A stretch of 34,005 nucleotides of DNA from Bacteroidota bacterium (GCA_051748025.1 JBNJGX010000004.1:1-34005); one strand, 5' to 3'. Positions 1-9,839 are shown, counted from the first letter of the stretch. Notes: generated by a model not told the origin, from the sequence alone. Numbers and translations: made by a program.

Positions 1-828
1 TCCGTCAGAACTGATTTTAACATCGCCGGAAAAACCAATGAGTTCAGATTGGGCAATATTTTCTACCGGATTGGTCCATGTTTGTCCACCATCTTCGGTA
101 AGCATTAGCCCTCTATTTGTGGCTGCGAATATGCGATTTGCATTGTTGGGATCTGCTGCCAGCTTATTTACATAAGAAAAGATATCTTGTGCATCTTCGG
201 TGTTATAAGTGGATTCAATATGTGTAAATGTTTCTCCATCTGTTGATTTCCAGATACCGGCTCCTTTTAACCCACGTTTTCCGGTTCCTGCCGGATATGG
301 TTTATAATGACCTTCGCCGGTGCCAAAATAAATATCTCCGTTTGCGGCCTGGCACATGCTGGCTATTGCAAGGTTTGGGAAATTACTTGTATGTTCATTC
401 CCCTCATAATGAATTTGATTCCAGGATGTGCCTCCTGTCGTGGATTTCCATAATCCCCCACTAACACCACCTGTGTACATAATATCAGGATTGTCTTTAT
501 CAATAACGATTGCCCTGGTACGGCCACCGATATTTGTAGGGCCAATATCTGTCCAGGACATATCAAGAGAGGATTTTTTCTTTTGCAGCGCTTTTATCTG
601 GGCTTTTGCTTTTTTGATATCTTTAATATCAACTCTCCCTGTTTCCCGGTTTGCTCTGCGCTCATGGATCCATTTGGCAGCTCCTTTATATCCGGATTCA
701 GATGCCGGATTTATATTATCCGGTGAATACTTTTTTTCTGCCTGTTTATTTGATGATATCATCAGGCCAATAAGCATTCCTGCCAAAACAATTGTCAATA
801 AACCAATAAATAAGTTCTTCATTTTCAT
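1..828 (-). CDS. BNR/Asp-box (sortilin/VPS10-like) repeat protein, N-terminal part; the 3' end runs off the window
   Basis: Absent from the supplied ORF track because it has no stop in the window. Reverse-strand reading from ATG at 828 (MKMKNLFIGLLTIVLAGMLIGL..., N-terminal hydrophobic helix) stays open for 276 codons to position 1. It contains repeated SxDxGxTW-like motifs (STTGGTSW, STDGETF, TEDGGQTW). Confidence 0.75.
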   Translation of the reverse strand, partial: MKMKNLFIGLLTIVLAGMLIGLMISSNKQAEKKYSPDNINPASESGYKGAAKWIHERRANRETGRVDIKDIKKAKAQIKALQKKKSSLDMSWTDIGPTNIGGRTRAIVIDKDNPDIMYTGGVSGGLWKSTTGGTSWNQIHYEGNEHTSNFPNLAIASMCQAANGDIYFGTGEGHYKPYPAGTGKRGLKGAGIWKSTDGETFTHIESTYNTEDAQDIFSYVNKLAADPNNANRIFAATNRGLMLTEDGGQTWTNPVENIAQSELIGFSGDVKISSDG

Positions 829-935
829 AATGTTAATCTTTTGTATGTGGCTGTTACCAGCTCAGTTTTTCAAGGCACTAATATATTATGTTCTGTTTAG
901 AATTCCAAGTTTTTTTTCTTTTTTACGCTGATTTT

Positions 936-1742
936 TTAATTTTCTTTCTTTTCTTCTTTTCTGAAAAATTTTCTGGCATCTCTTGAAATTGATGTACTGT
1001 ATTTAAAACCAAAACGGTATGAACAATACATGGCAAAAAATATTTGTTTTTCATGCTCAGCCAAAATGGTAATTTTTTTTGGGAAAGCTTCTAAATATGT
1101 ACCGATTTCTATGGCTTTTGTTTTGTATCTGTCATTGCTGAATTCAAAATTGAAGGCAGCACGGGCATAAACACCGGGTTTAACTTTTGTTTCTCCTATA
1201 CCTTTAAAAAAAGATTCCCTTGAAACGATATCTACCGGATTGTGGTGATTGAGACTGAATTTTTGGGGACTTGTGTAAAATATCTGTTGATTACCGATGA
1301 TTTCAGAGCTGTCAACTACCTGGTAATAGATGGGTTTTTCCAAACCAAGTACACAGCCACCGGCAAGTTGATAAGTAATGGATATGGAATTCTTATCCTG
1401 TTTGCTGAATATTTCTTTTTTTATGCCGCTGCCGATGTGCAGGTTAAAAACACTGTTTACCTTTCCGTAAATAAATTTTTTCTGATTATCAAAATACGGG
1501 TTATATACCTTTATTTCTTTAGGGTCCTTGACAAAACTAAACGATGCTTCGGCAAACCCCCGTGTTTTATTGGTATATCTCCAGCCAAAACGGTAATCAA
1601 TGCCTGCTCCACTCGAAATGAGTTTTGCACCAAAAGAATGTTCATTGTAATAATTGAGCGCTTTTTTTTCGATAATTTCTCCCTGAGATAAGCCCAGAAT
1701 TGGCAAAAATAACAACACCAATATTTTCAGAATCTTTATCAT
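936..1742 (-). CDS. hypothetical secreted protein, possibly an outer-membrane beta-barrel
   Basis: 268-aa ORF with an N-terminal signal peptide (MIKILKILVLLFLPILGLSQG). Alternating aromatic/polar strands, ending ...YRFGFKY before a basic tail. No family recognised. Confidence 0.7.
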   Translation of the reverse strand: MIKILKILVLLFLPILGLSQGEIIEKKALNYYNEHSFGAKLISSGAGIDYRFGWRYTNKTRGFAEASFSFVKDPKEIKVYNPYFDNQKKFIYGKVNSVFNLHIGSGIKKEIFSKQDKNSISITYQLAGGCVLGLEKPIYYQVVDSSEIIGNQQIFYTSPQKFSLNHHNPVDIVSRESFFKGIGETKVKPGVYARAAFNFEFSNDRYKTKAIEIGTYLEAFPKKITILAEHEKQIFFAMYCSYRFGFKYSTSISRDARKFFRKEEKKEN

Positions 1743-1786
1743 TTCTGATTTTATGGATTTTGCAGGGCCGGTTTGAATCCCAAATT

Positions 1787-1933
1787 TTATGCTGATTGTT
1801 CTGATTGTTCATGATCAACAATACTACTGCTGTCACCGTTATTGTATGCAGGACACTCTTCTGTGCTGCTACATGAAATCAGAAATGCTGCAATTGCTAC
1901 TGTCGTCAGTATTATTCCTATTATCCTTTTCAT
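1787..1933 (-). CDS. small putative lipoprotein (48 aa)
   Basis: Found by hand, below the ORF-track size cutoff: MKRIIGIILTTVAIAAFLISCSSTEECPAYNNGDSSSIVDHEQSEQSA. It has a lipobox-like LISC. It lies 44 nt upstream of, and co-directional with, the 936-1742 gene. Confidence 0.4.
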   Translation of the reverse strand: MKRIIGIILTTVAIAAFLISCSSTEECPAYNNGDSSSIVDHEQSEQSA

Positions 1934-2185
1934 AAAATATTGTTTTACTTTCAACATACAAATATAAACTAAAAATTGTTACACTTAATGTCTATAAAAA
2001 TAATTTTATTAACAATATGTTGAAAACATCTTACATGCAGATAATCAAATATATAAAAAAATTTTTCAACATGTTTTTGATGTTTTACTTTTAAAACGGG
2101 TTGATATATTTACATATTGTTGTGCTTGAAAATGCATGAGTAAAAATAAATTACCCGGAATCTATTACAGATAAATAAATATTTT

Positions 2186-2773
2186 TTATGCAAAATAGGT
2201 TTTATGTGGATAATCAAATCCCCACATCAATCCATGCAGAGGTTGTTTTGTTGGCCTGGGACTAACAACATTCCTGGCATTTTTGTTTAGTTGCTTTATC
2301 ATTGTTTCTATTTCATTGATCCTTGATTCATAAATTTTTGGTAGAATCCCGTTATTGTTACCCCATGCACAAATAATGTGATCAGATTTACGGATAACCC
2401 TCAATATTTCTTTGTCATTGTCGGGGCCTGTGATGTAGTCTTTACCATTTTTCTTTAGCAATTGATTAACCTCGCTGACATCTGTAGCCCTGATGGCGAA
2501 TATGTTCAATATGGTGAGTTTTTTAACCTCAGGAAAATGCTTATATACATAAGTCTCAACTTTCCTGATCGTGGCATCAGCTTTTCCGGCATCAGCCGAA
2601 CTGGGATTTTTCAGGATGACGCATATGTGGTCATCCTGGTCCTGCCGTAATAATGATGGCCGGTATTGCATTTCAAGGGTGTATCTGTAAAGCATATCCT
2701 TTGAAAAACCTGCTTTGATTGTATTGGGGTCTATCTCCTGAAAATGAGGTATCTGCCTGCCAATTCTTGCCAT
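2186..2773 (-). CDS. DUF1643 domain protein
   Basis: 195 aa. The pattern ...ICVILKNPSSADAGKADATIRKV...LTILNIFAIRATD...GPDNDKEILRVI...IICAWGNNN matches my memory of the DUF1643 signature (xLNPSxAD...D.T...; NLFA.RAT; AWG). Confidence 0.75.
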   Translation of the reverse strand: MARIGRQIPHFQEIDPNTIKAGFSKDMLYRYTLEMQYRPSLLRQDQDDHICVILKNPSSADAGKADATIRKVETYVYKHFPEVKKLTILNIFAIRATDVSEVNQLLKKNGKDYITGPDNDKEILRVIRKSDHIICAWGNNNGILPKIYESRINEIETMIKQLNKNARNVVSPRPTKQPLHGLMWGFDYPHKTYFA

Positions 2774-2797
2774 AATTTCTGATTCAGATGGTTTTGT

Positions 2798-2805
2798 TAA
2801 CTTTG
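2798..2805 (+). promoter_or_regulatory. Bacteroidota-type -7 box (TAACTTTG = TAnnTTTG) ahead of rlmD
   Basis: Exact match to TAnnTTTG, 20 nt upstream of the GTG start at 2826. The motif is short and expected by chance in AT-rich DNA. Confidence 0.35.
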
Positions 2806-2825
2806 CCGCAAAATATTAAATAATT

Positions 2826-4229
2826 GTGGCAAAACCTAATTTACCTTTAATAGAAAAATTACAAATTGTTGATATTGCTTCTGATGGCAAGGCGGTAGGA
2901 AAAGACGGCGAACGGGTGATCTTCGTTCCCAAGCTTGTGCCAGGAGATGTTGTGGATGTACAATTGATAAGAAAAAAGAAATCATTTTTTGAGGGTGTTC
3001 CTGTCAAATTTCATGATTATTCTGAATTCAGGACAGAACCTTTTTGTAAACATTTCGGAAGCTGTGGTGGATGTAAGTGGCAGAATATGTTGTATGAGAA
3101 ACAACTATATTTTAAAGAAAAACAGGTAAAAGAACAGCTTCAACGTATCGGGAACCTTGATTTTCCGGGACCTGAACCTATTCTGGCATCAGGAAAAATA
3201 AAGTATTACAGGAATAAACTGGAGTACAGTTTTTCTGACAAAGCCTGGTTTGAAAAAGAAGATATTGATTCCGGGAAGAAATTTGAAGTTACCAAGGCTT
3301 TGGGCTTTCATGTGCCCGGGCGGTTTGATAAAGTTTTGCAGGTGGACCATTGTTACCTGCAGGCCGAACCCACCAATGCTGTGCGGAATGCCATTCATAC
3401 TTATGCAGTAAAACACGAATTGTCTTATTATAACCCCAGGGAACATACCGGCTTGCTCAGAAACTTAATAATCAGGATTACAAGAAAAGGGGAGGTGATG
3501 GTTGTGCTTGTCGTTTCAGAGTTTTCAGAGGAAGTTAAAGCACTGCTCGAGCATATTAAGGCTTCTTTCCCTGAAATTAATTCACTTATGTATATTGTGA
3601 ATAACAAAAAAAATGACAGCATATTTGACCTGGACGTTACGCTATTTGCCGGGAATCCATACATCAGGGAAAATTTGGATGGTCTGGATTTTAAAATAGG
3701 TGCAAAATCTTTTTTTCAGACCAACACATGGCAAACAGAGGTGTTGTATCAGCAGGTCAGAGAGATGGCAGGTATTAACAATACACATATTGTGTACGAT
3801 CTTTATTCAGGAACCGGTTCTTTATCCCTGTATCTTGCAAGAGATGCCCGGAAGGTTATAGGTGTGGAAATTGTTGAAGATGCAGTTCGTGATGCACGCC
3901 TCAATGCAGAGATCAATGGTCTGAACAACCTTGATTTTTTTACAGGGGACATGAAAGAAGTGGTTACATCCCCTTTTATTTCACAACATGGCAGGCCGGA
4001 CGTGCTGGTTTTGGATCCGCCACGCGCCGGAATACACAAAAATGTGATAAAGGTTATTTTACAAGTATCTCCTGAAAAAATCATTTATGTCAGTTGTAAT
4101 CCTGCAACACAGGCACGAGACCTGAGTTTAATGAAAGATAATTATGATATAGGTCAAGTGCAACCGGTGGACATGTTTCCCCATACACAACATGTTGAAA
4201 ACATTGTGATGTTGGAAAAGAAGAAATAG
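2826..4229 (+). CDS. rlmD: 23S rRNA (uracil-5)-methyltransferase RlmD/RumA family
   Basis: 467 aa. N-terminal TRAM-like region, Fe-S cysteine cluster (CKHFGSCGGCKWQ), SAM-binding DLYSGTGS, and C-terminal DPPRAG...YVSCNP...DMFPHTQHVE. Confidence 0.9.
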   Translation: MAKPNLPLIEKLQIVDIASDGKAVGKDGERVIFVPKLVPGDVVDVQLIRKKKSFFEGVPVKFHDYSEFRTEPFCKHFGSCGGCKWQNMLYEKQLYFKEKQVKEQLQRIGNLDFPGPEPILASGKIKYYRNKLEYSFSDKAWFEKEDIDSGKKFEVTKALGFHVPGRFDKVLQVDHCYLQAEPTNAVRNAIHTYAVKHELSYYNPREHTGLLRNLIIRITRKGEVMVVLVVSEFSEEVKALLEHIKASFPEINSLMYIVNNKKNDSIFDLDVTLFAGNPYIRENLDGLDFKIGAKSFFQTNTWQTEVLYQQVREMAGINNTHIVYDLYSGTGSLSLYLARDARKVIGVEIVEDAVRDARLNAEINGLNNLDFFTGDMKEVVTSPFISQHGRPDVLVLDPPRAGIHKNVIKVILQVSPEKIIYVSCNPATQARDLSLMKDNYDIGQVQPVDMFPHTQHVENIVMLEKKK

Positions 4230-4317
4230 TTTTACAATTATAAAAGCATTGTAACCATACAGAAATAAGGTATATTCGTTATTATTTAATAAGGGTTAAA
4301 TTTAATTTTTTATTATT

Positions 4318-5091
4318 ATGGGTAAATTGGCATTAATTACAGGCGCTACAGCAGGAATTGGCAAAGCTACAGCAGAGTTATTAATCAAAAATGGCTACAG
4401 GGTTATCATTACCGGACGCAGAAAAGATCGGCTTGAAGCCATTGAAGATAAGTTAAAATTACAGCACAATGGCAGAGTGCATTCTTTGCATTTTGATGTG
4501 AGGGAAAAATCAGAAGTTGATAAAGCAATTGCAAGTTTACCTGATGATATGTCTGATATTGATATCCTGATTAATAATGCAGGGTTGGCTTCTGGTTTAG
4601 ATCCGGTACAATCAGGTGATACTGATGACTGGGACAAAATGATTGATACCAATATCAAAGGCCTGATGTATGTTACAAGGGCAGTGGTTCCCGGTATGAT
4701 TCAGCGTAAAAAAGGCCAGATTGTCAATATTGGTTCTATTGCCGGAAGAGAAGTTTATCCCAATGGTAATGTATATTGTGCCACCAAACATGCTGTGGAT
4801 GCACTTACAAAAGCCATGCGCCGTGATTTGCTGGAAGACGGGATTAAGGTATCGCAAGTGGCTCCGGGGGCAGTTGATACAGAATTTTCCGTTGTGCGTT
4901 TTCACGGTGATGAAGCAAAAGCGGAAGATGTTTATAAGGCTTATGAACCATTGCATGCTGCCGATGTTGCGGAAAGTATTTTATTTGTCATTTCACGTCC
5001 CCCGCATGTTAACATCAATGATATCCTTGTGATGCCTACCGACCAGGCTTCTGCTACAGCATTCAACAAAGATGAAGAAGATACCTGGTAA
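4318..5091 (+). CDS. short-chain dehydrogenase/reductase (YdfG-like NADP-dependent SDR)
   Basis: 257 aa. Contains TGATAGIGKA (TGxxxGxG), NNAG, and the catalytic YCATKHAV (YxxxK). Confidence 0.9.
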   Translation: MGKLALITGATAGIGKATAELLIKNGYRVIITGRRKDRLEAIEDKLKLQHNGRVHSLHFDVREKSEVDKAIASLPDDMSDIDILINNAGLASGLDPVQSGDTDDWDKMIDTNIKGLMYVTRAVVPGMIQRKKGQIVNIGSIAGREVYPNGNVYCATKHAVDALTKAMRRDLLEDGIKVSQVAPGAVDTEFSVVRFHGDEAKAEDVYKAYEPLHAADVAESILFVISRPPHVNINDILVMPTDQASATAFNKDEEDTW

Positions 5092-5092
5092 T

Positions 5093-5117
5093 ACACATTT
5101 ATGTGTCGCTCTTTTTT
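5093..5117 (+). terminator. weak candidate intrinsic terminator after the SDR gene
   Basis: ACACAT/ATGTGT short stem (5093-5106) followed by CGCTCTTTTTT. The stem is short and AT-rich. Confidence 0.35.
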
Positions 5118-5246
5118 AAATATCGTTTGAAATAATTAACTATCTTTGACATTGAACACAGTGATTCCTAAAAAACACAATTTGTTAAATTTATCAACCA
5201 TTTATTAGAATAAAGCCACATTGATCACAGGGCAGGCTATAGTGTA

Positions 5247-6128
5247 TTAATACTGTACCTCAAAATAACCGCCTGTTATGTTAATGGTTTGTCCGCCGCC
5301 ATCTTCTACATTAAAGAAAAATGATCCTTTTAAAATTTGGTTTTCTGTATCATGATGTGAAATTGTGGTAGAACCAACGGTAGCAGGTATTTCGGTTATC
5401 GATTCCTGATAATAAGCCATCATTGGGCCGTCATCGGGGTCAATATCATAATTGCCTTCTTGTGCATTTTCTGGGATCAAGAGTATAATTTTTCTAAAGT
5501 CTGTGTTGTTTGAACCAACAATTTTTAAAAAGTTTGCATTGTTGTATGTTGTATCAAAGGTATTTACTGTATTGGCATTAAAAGCTTCACCTTCTATATT
5601 GGCAGTGAAAACATTATCAATTTCTGTGGTATCAATACTATTAATAAACCTATACGGGACCTTGTTAAATTCACCGTTTGTAACATTTTTAGATGAACTT
5701 GAATTTTGTTTGTATGCCCTGAAATTAAAAGACCCCGATATTGTATTATCTTCATCATTAATAGAAGAAATCCTTACCTGGCCTGTCCCTGATTCATTGT
5801 TACTCGTGCTGTATAGATCGGCATGTGCACTTGTATTAGGGATAAGTACCCCTTCATGCATATTGCTGGCATTTAGGGTGTAAACACCTTTTTCTCCATT
5901 GTAAATGGTCAATTCAATGGTTTGTCCATCTGCTGATGTTCCATATACAAGTATTTGATTATCTGAAAGTCTGGCATGAGGATCAGGGCAACGCCACGTG
6001 CTGCCATCTACCAGTGCTGTCATTAGCGGACGGTTTCGATCGGTTGTATTCTCTTCACAAGAATTAAAAAACACCACTGCTAACAGGGATGCCATTATTG
6101 CTATAAGTGATTTTATTTTCATATTCAA
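5247..6128 (-). CDS. lipoprotein with two tandem similar halves (possibly DUF6252-like)
   Basis: 293 aa. Signal peptide plus lipobox (VFFNSCEE). Each half ends in an ...ISGSFNF.../...LKGSFFF... plus G.F.V.Y pattern. The family name is from memory only. Confidence 0.7.
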   Translation of the reverse strand: MNMKIKSLIAIMASLLAVVFFNSCEENTTDRNRPLMTALVDGSTWRCPDPHARLSDNQILVYGTSADGQTIELTIYNGEKGVYTLNASNMHEGVLIPNTSAHADLYSTSNNESGTGQVRISSINDEDNTISGSFNFRAYKQNSSSSKNVTNGEFNKVPYRFINSIDTTEIDNVFTANIEGEAFNANTVNTFDTTYNNANFLKIVGSNNTDFRKIILLIPENAQEGNYDIDPDDGPMMAYYQESITEIPATVGSTTISHHDTENQILKGSFFFNVEDGGGQTINITGGYFEVQY

Positions 6129-6314
6129 TTATTTTTTCGCTACAAATATACTACTTATATGACTGAAAAAAAAGTAAATTGGTTGCCTTTATTCAGGGGA
6201 ATATTTTAACTGCATTACTTTCAAATATGTACATAAGATACCTGTCATCTCAAAACATTCGGATAATAATACGATTATTTACAGGTTGTCAAAAATTTGC
6301 AGCAGATGATTCAT

Positions 6315-7190
6315 TTATAAATGTTTTTGTTTTTCAATTTTTTTAATACACGATGCCAGGGCATCTTCAATTTGGTCATACTTGTACCTGAATCCTGCTT
6401 CAAGTAATCCTTTGGGGATAACAATCGGGTTGTTTATAAGTGACATTAATCCGTTTCCATATAATATCTTTAACAGAGCAGGAGGGATGCTGAAACGCGC
6501 TTTTTTATTTAATGCTGACGCCAATGCTTCTGTAAATTCAGCATTTGTAATAATAGCGGGAGCAGTAAGGTTGTAAACGCCCTGAAAGCTTTCATCATTG
6601 ATGCTCTTTTCATAAAAAGCCAATAAATCTTCAATGTGTATTATGGGCATAGGGTACTCACCATGTCCGATTTTTCCACCAAGCCCCATTTTAAAAATCC
6701 ACATTATTCTTTTGAGAATACCGCCATTTCCCAGTACAACCCCCAGCCGTGTGATGATGGTCCTTGTTTTGTCTGTCTTTATTGATTTGACCGGTGTTTC
6801 CCAGTCTTTGCACACTTCCCCTAAAAAATTATCTGCAAAATCCTGGCTGCTTTCATCATGATAGTGGATATTGTTATAAATACCTATGGCGGAAGTGCTG
6901 ATAAAAACCCGCGGTGGATTATCCATTGAGTCAATGACATCGGCAATGTTCCGGGTGGTGATTACACGGCTGTTATATATATTTTTCCGGTTACGGGGTG
7001 TCCACCGCTTAGTAACTGGCGTTCCGGCAGTATGAATAACCACATCAATTTCCTGAAGATATTGTTCCAATGCAGTTTTATCATACAATACTTTTCTGGG
7101 AACACTGATGATTTTTTGTCCCCGCGTTAAAAAATATTGTTTAATATTTTGACCAAGAAAGCCACTGCTTCCTGTAACAGCAATTATCAT
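6315..7190 (-). CDS. TIGR01777/YfcH-like NAD-dependent epimerase family protein
   Basis: 291 aa. N-terminal Rossmann motif VTGSSGFLG and a DUF1731-like C-terminus. Its ATG overlaps the cdaA stop in an ATGA arrangement at 7187-7190. Confidence 0.8.
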   Translation of the reverse strand: MIIAVTGSSGFLGQNIKQYFLTRGQKIISVPRKVLYDKTALEQYLQEIDVVIHTAGTPVTKRWTPRNRKNIYNSRVITTRNIADVIDSMDNPPRVFISTSAIGIYNNIHYHDESSQDFADNFLGEVCKDWETPVKSIKTDKTRTIITRLGVVLGNGGILKRIMWIFKMGLGGKIGHGEYPMPIIHIEDLLAFYEKSINDESFQGVYNLTAPAIITNAEFTEALASALNKKARFSIPPALLKILYGNGLMSLINNPIVIPKGLLEAGFRYKYDQIEDALASCIKKIEKQKHL

Positions 7191-7966
7191 TGTCCTACCT
7201 CCTTAATAAGAAATAATTTAAGCCTTTCTTTTGTTGTGATTTTATAAATCTTTCCTTCTTTAGAAACACTAATACCACCAGTTTGTTCGGATACAATAAT
7301 TACCACACTGTCGGTGCGTTCAGTCATCCCTACACCAGCCCTGTGCCGCAAGCCCAGTTTTTTAGGAATATCAGGGCTTTGCGAAACCGGCAAAACACAG
7401 CTTGCAGCTTTAATTTTATCTTTTACAATGATAATAGCTCCATCATGTAGCGGGGCATTTTTATAAAAAATATTGTTTATTAACCTGTCAGAAATGTCAG
7501 CATTGATAATTTCTCCACTGCTGGCATAAGTTTTTAGATCAGAGTGCTTTGAAATGACGATCAACCCACCTGAATAATTTTCAGCCAGACTATAAACAGC
7601 TTGTACTATTTTTTCAATGTGGTTTTTACTAATGGGAGAAGTGGTTATAAAATAACGTATAAATGGTAAGTGTTGGTTAATGAAACTTTGATTGCCCAGC
7701 ATTAACAGAAAACGCCTTATTTCTTGTTGAAACACAATCAATAATGCAATAACCCCGACGCCGATTATTTGTCCCAAAATCGACCCAAGCAACTCCATAT
7801 TCATGGCTTTTACAATCAACCAAAAAAGGTAAATTGAAAACACACCAATGAAAATACGAATAGCCACTGTACCTCGTATCAGTAAATACAGTTGGTAGAG
7901 AAGAAATGCTACCAGAAATATGTCCACGATATCCAGAAAACGGATAGTGATAAATGCATGTATCAT
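7187..7966 (-). CDS. cdaA: diadenylate cyclase CdaA (DisA_N/DAC domain) with N-terminal transmembrane helices
   Basis: 259 aa. Three N-terminal hydrophobic helices, then LHDGAIII and GLRHRAGVGMTERTDSVVIIVSEQTGGISV, which are typical DAC-domain motifs. Confidence 0.9.
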   Translation of the reverse strand: MIHAFITIRFLDIVDIFLVAFLLYQLYLLIRGTVAIRIFIGVFSIYLFWLIVKAMNMELLGSILGQIIGVGVIALLIVFQQEIRRFLLMLGNQSFINQHLPFIRYFITTSPISKNHIEKIVQAVYSLAENYSGGLIVISKHSDLKTYASSGEIINADISDRLINNIFYKNAPLHDGAIIIVKDKIKAASCVLPVSQSPDIPKKLGLRHRAGVGMTERTDSVVIIVSEQTGGISVSKEGKIYKITTKERLKLFLIKEVGQ

Positions 7967-8005
7967 TTGTTGCCCGAAGATATAAAAATTTTATTATTAA
8001 AAAAA

Positions 8006-8878
8006 TTACCAATTATCATTTATGCTGTTTTTTGTTTTTTTAATGAGATTAATTACCTGTTTTGCAGTCGATACATCATGGACACGCAAAATATTTGCCC
8101 CCTTTAATATGGCCAGTGAGTGCAAAACTGAGGTTGCCGGCAGACTTTCTGAATCCGGAATTTCCAGGTACTTTGTTATCATGCTTTTTCTTGATATTCC
8201 AGTCAATAAAAGACAATCAAATATGTTAAACCTGTGGAGATAATTGAGCAGGGCATAATTGTGATACAGGTTTTTTCCGAACCCAAATCCCGGATCAATG
8301 ATGATGTCATGCAAATGCTTTTCACGCAGTATGGCAATCTGTTTGTGGAAAAATTCCAGAATATCCCCCGGAAAATCAGTATATACAGGATTTTTTTGCA
8401 TGTCGGCAGGTGTGCCCTGCATGTGCATCATAATATAAGGTATTTGTTTTTCTGCTACAAAATCAAACATCTCAGGATCCATGCTGCCGCCTGAAATGTC
8501 ATTGATTATGCCGGCATCGTATTTGTTAACGGCTTTTTGTGCAATTTCTGTGCGGAAGGTGTCCACAGATACTGGTATGTCAGATGATATATCCCTGATG
8601 ACAGATAATGCCGGTTCCAGCCTTTCCCATTCTTTTTTTGAAGAAATAATTTCAGCCCCCGGTCGTGTTGACATGCCCCCGGCATCAATTATGTCAGCCC
8701 CCTCATTAATGATTTTTTTTACACGTTTTTCAATGGCTTTTGGGGTTGTATAAAGTCCACCATCGTAAAAAGAATCAGGTGTTACATTCAAAATCCCCAT
8801 GAGGCGGGGATCTTCAAAATCCATGAGTTTTCCCTTTATATTGATAAACTGTTTTTCTGAAAACATATTTTTGTTCAT
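8006..8878 (-). CDS. folP: dihydropteroate synthase
   Basis: The MGILNVTPDSFYDGG, DIGGMSTRPG and ...NDISGG... motifs fit FolP. I moved the start to MNKNMF (ATG at 8878). The track's longer ORF (to 9025) adds an implausible hydrophobic extension and would abut the divergent tmk start. Confidence 0.88.
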   Translation of the reverse strand: MNKNMFSEKQFINIKGKLMDFEDPRLMGILNVTPDSFYDGGLYTTPKAIEKRVKKIINEGADIIDAGGMSTRPGAEIISSKKEWERLEPALSVIRDISSDIPVSVDTFRTEIAQKAVNKYDAGIINDISGGSMDPEMFDFVAEKQIPYIMMHMQGTPADMQKNPVYTDFPGDILEFFHKQIAILREKHLHDIIIDPGFGFGKNLYHNYALLNYLHRFNIFDCLLLTGISRKSMITKYLEIPDSESLPATSVLHSLAILKGANILRVHDVSTAKQVINLIKKTKNSINDNW

Positions 8879-9025
8879 CTTTGTTGAGCGAGATAAAATT
8901 AATACAAATAAAAACATTATGAAACCCTTTGCCAATAGAATTACAACATTAGAGAAACAGCGGCATGGCGTTCCCATTTTGGTATTCCCCTGTATAAATT
9001 GTGATAAACAAAAAATGATAAACAC

Positions 9026-9715
9026 ATGAAATTCCTTGTCATTGAAGGATTAGACGGATCCGGAAAATCCACCCAGGTCAGGATGTTAAAAAACTGGCTT
9101 TCAGAAAAAAAAGTGCCATACGAATACCTGCATTTTCCACGCATGAATTCTCCGGTTTTTGGTGAGCTTGTTGCCAGATATTTACGAGGTGAACTTGGTG
9201 AGCTTGAAACGGTAAATCCATATCTTGTTGCTTTACTTTTTGCAGGAGACCAGAAAGATGCAGCAGGGTTGATCCGTAAATGGCAAAATGAATCAAAATT
9301 TGTGTTGGTTGACAGGTATGTTTATTCAAATGTGGCATATCAATGTGCCAAATTTAAAAATCAGGACAAGCGCATTGAATTGATGAACTGGATTTTTAAA
9401 ACAGAATTTGAACATTTTCAGGTACCGGTGCCCGATTTGAGCCTTTTTCTTAATGTGCCCCACAATTTTATAAAATCACAACTTGGGGAAAATAAACGAG
9501 AAGGAGCGGACAGGAAATACCTTGAAGGCAAACAGGACATTCATGAATCTGATTTAAATTTTCAAATGGAAGTCAGAAAAGTTTATGAAATGATGCTGCA
9601 GAAACATGATGGATTGCAGGAATTATATTGCGGCGATAAAACCGGAAATATTCTTCCCCCGGACATAATATTCAATCAACTGATTGAAAGGCTGCAAAAA
9701 GAAAATATCCTGTAA
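9026..9715 (+). CDS. tmk: thymidylate (dTMP) kinase family protein
   Basis: 229 aa. P-loop VIEGLDGSGKST, a DRY motif (VLVDRYVYSNVAYQ) and a lid-like region. Confidence 0.8.
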   Translation: MKFLVIEGLDGSGKSTQVRMLKNWLSEKKVPYEYLHFPRMNSPVFGELVARYLRGELGELETVNPYLVALLFAGDQKDAAGLIRKWQNESKFVLVDRYVYSNVAYQCAKFKNQDKRIELMNWIFKTEFEHFQVPVPDLSLFLNVPHNFIKSQLGENKREGADRKYLEGKQDIHESDLNFQMEVRKVYEMMLQKHDGLQELYCGDKTGNILPPDIIFNQLIERLQKENIL

Positions 9716-9831
9716 AATATGATGAAAAACATACAGCCTTATTTTTTGACAATACAGGGATATGATAAAAATATCTGCATGTTATGTAATAAATTCTGAC
9801 TTTTGTCATTTTATATAATAAGCTGATTTCA

Positions 9832-9839
9832 TAACTTTG
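9832..9839 (+). promoter_or_regulatory. -7 box TAACTTTG (TAnnTTTG)
   Basis: Exact motif 30 nt upstream of the ATG at 9869. Confidence 0.3.

Noticed and set aside
428-931. 167-aa + strand ORF (and 228-464 +, 363-566 -) from the ORF track
   Set aside because: They lie antisense to or out of frame with the 276-codon BNR-repeat reading frame, which has clear motifs. Their sequences are low-complexity and hydrophobic, typical of shadow ORFs.
1242-1691. 149-aa + strand ORF
   Set aside because: It is entirely antisense to the 936-1742 gene, which has a proper signal peptide. It is a shadow ORF.
8879-9025. N-terminal 49-residue extension of folP in the track ORF (8006-9025)
   Set aside because: The extension is hydrophobic junk with no FolP counterpart. 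It would consume the whole divergent promoter region up to the tmk start. The internal MNKNMF start gives a normal-length FolP.
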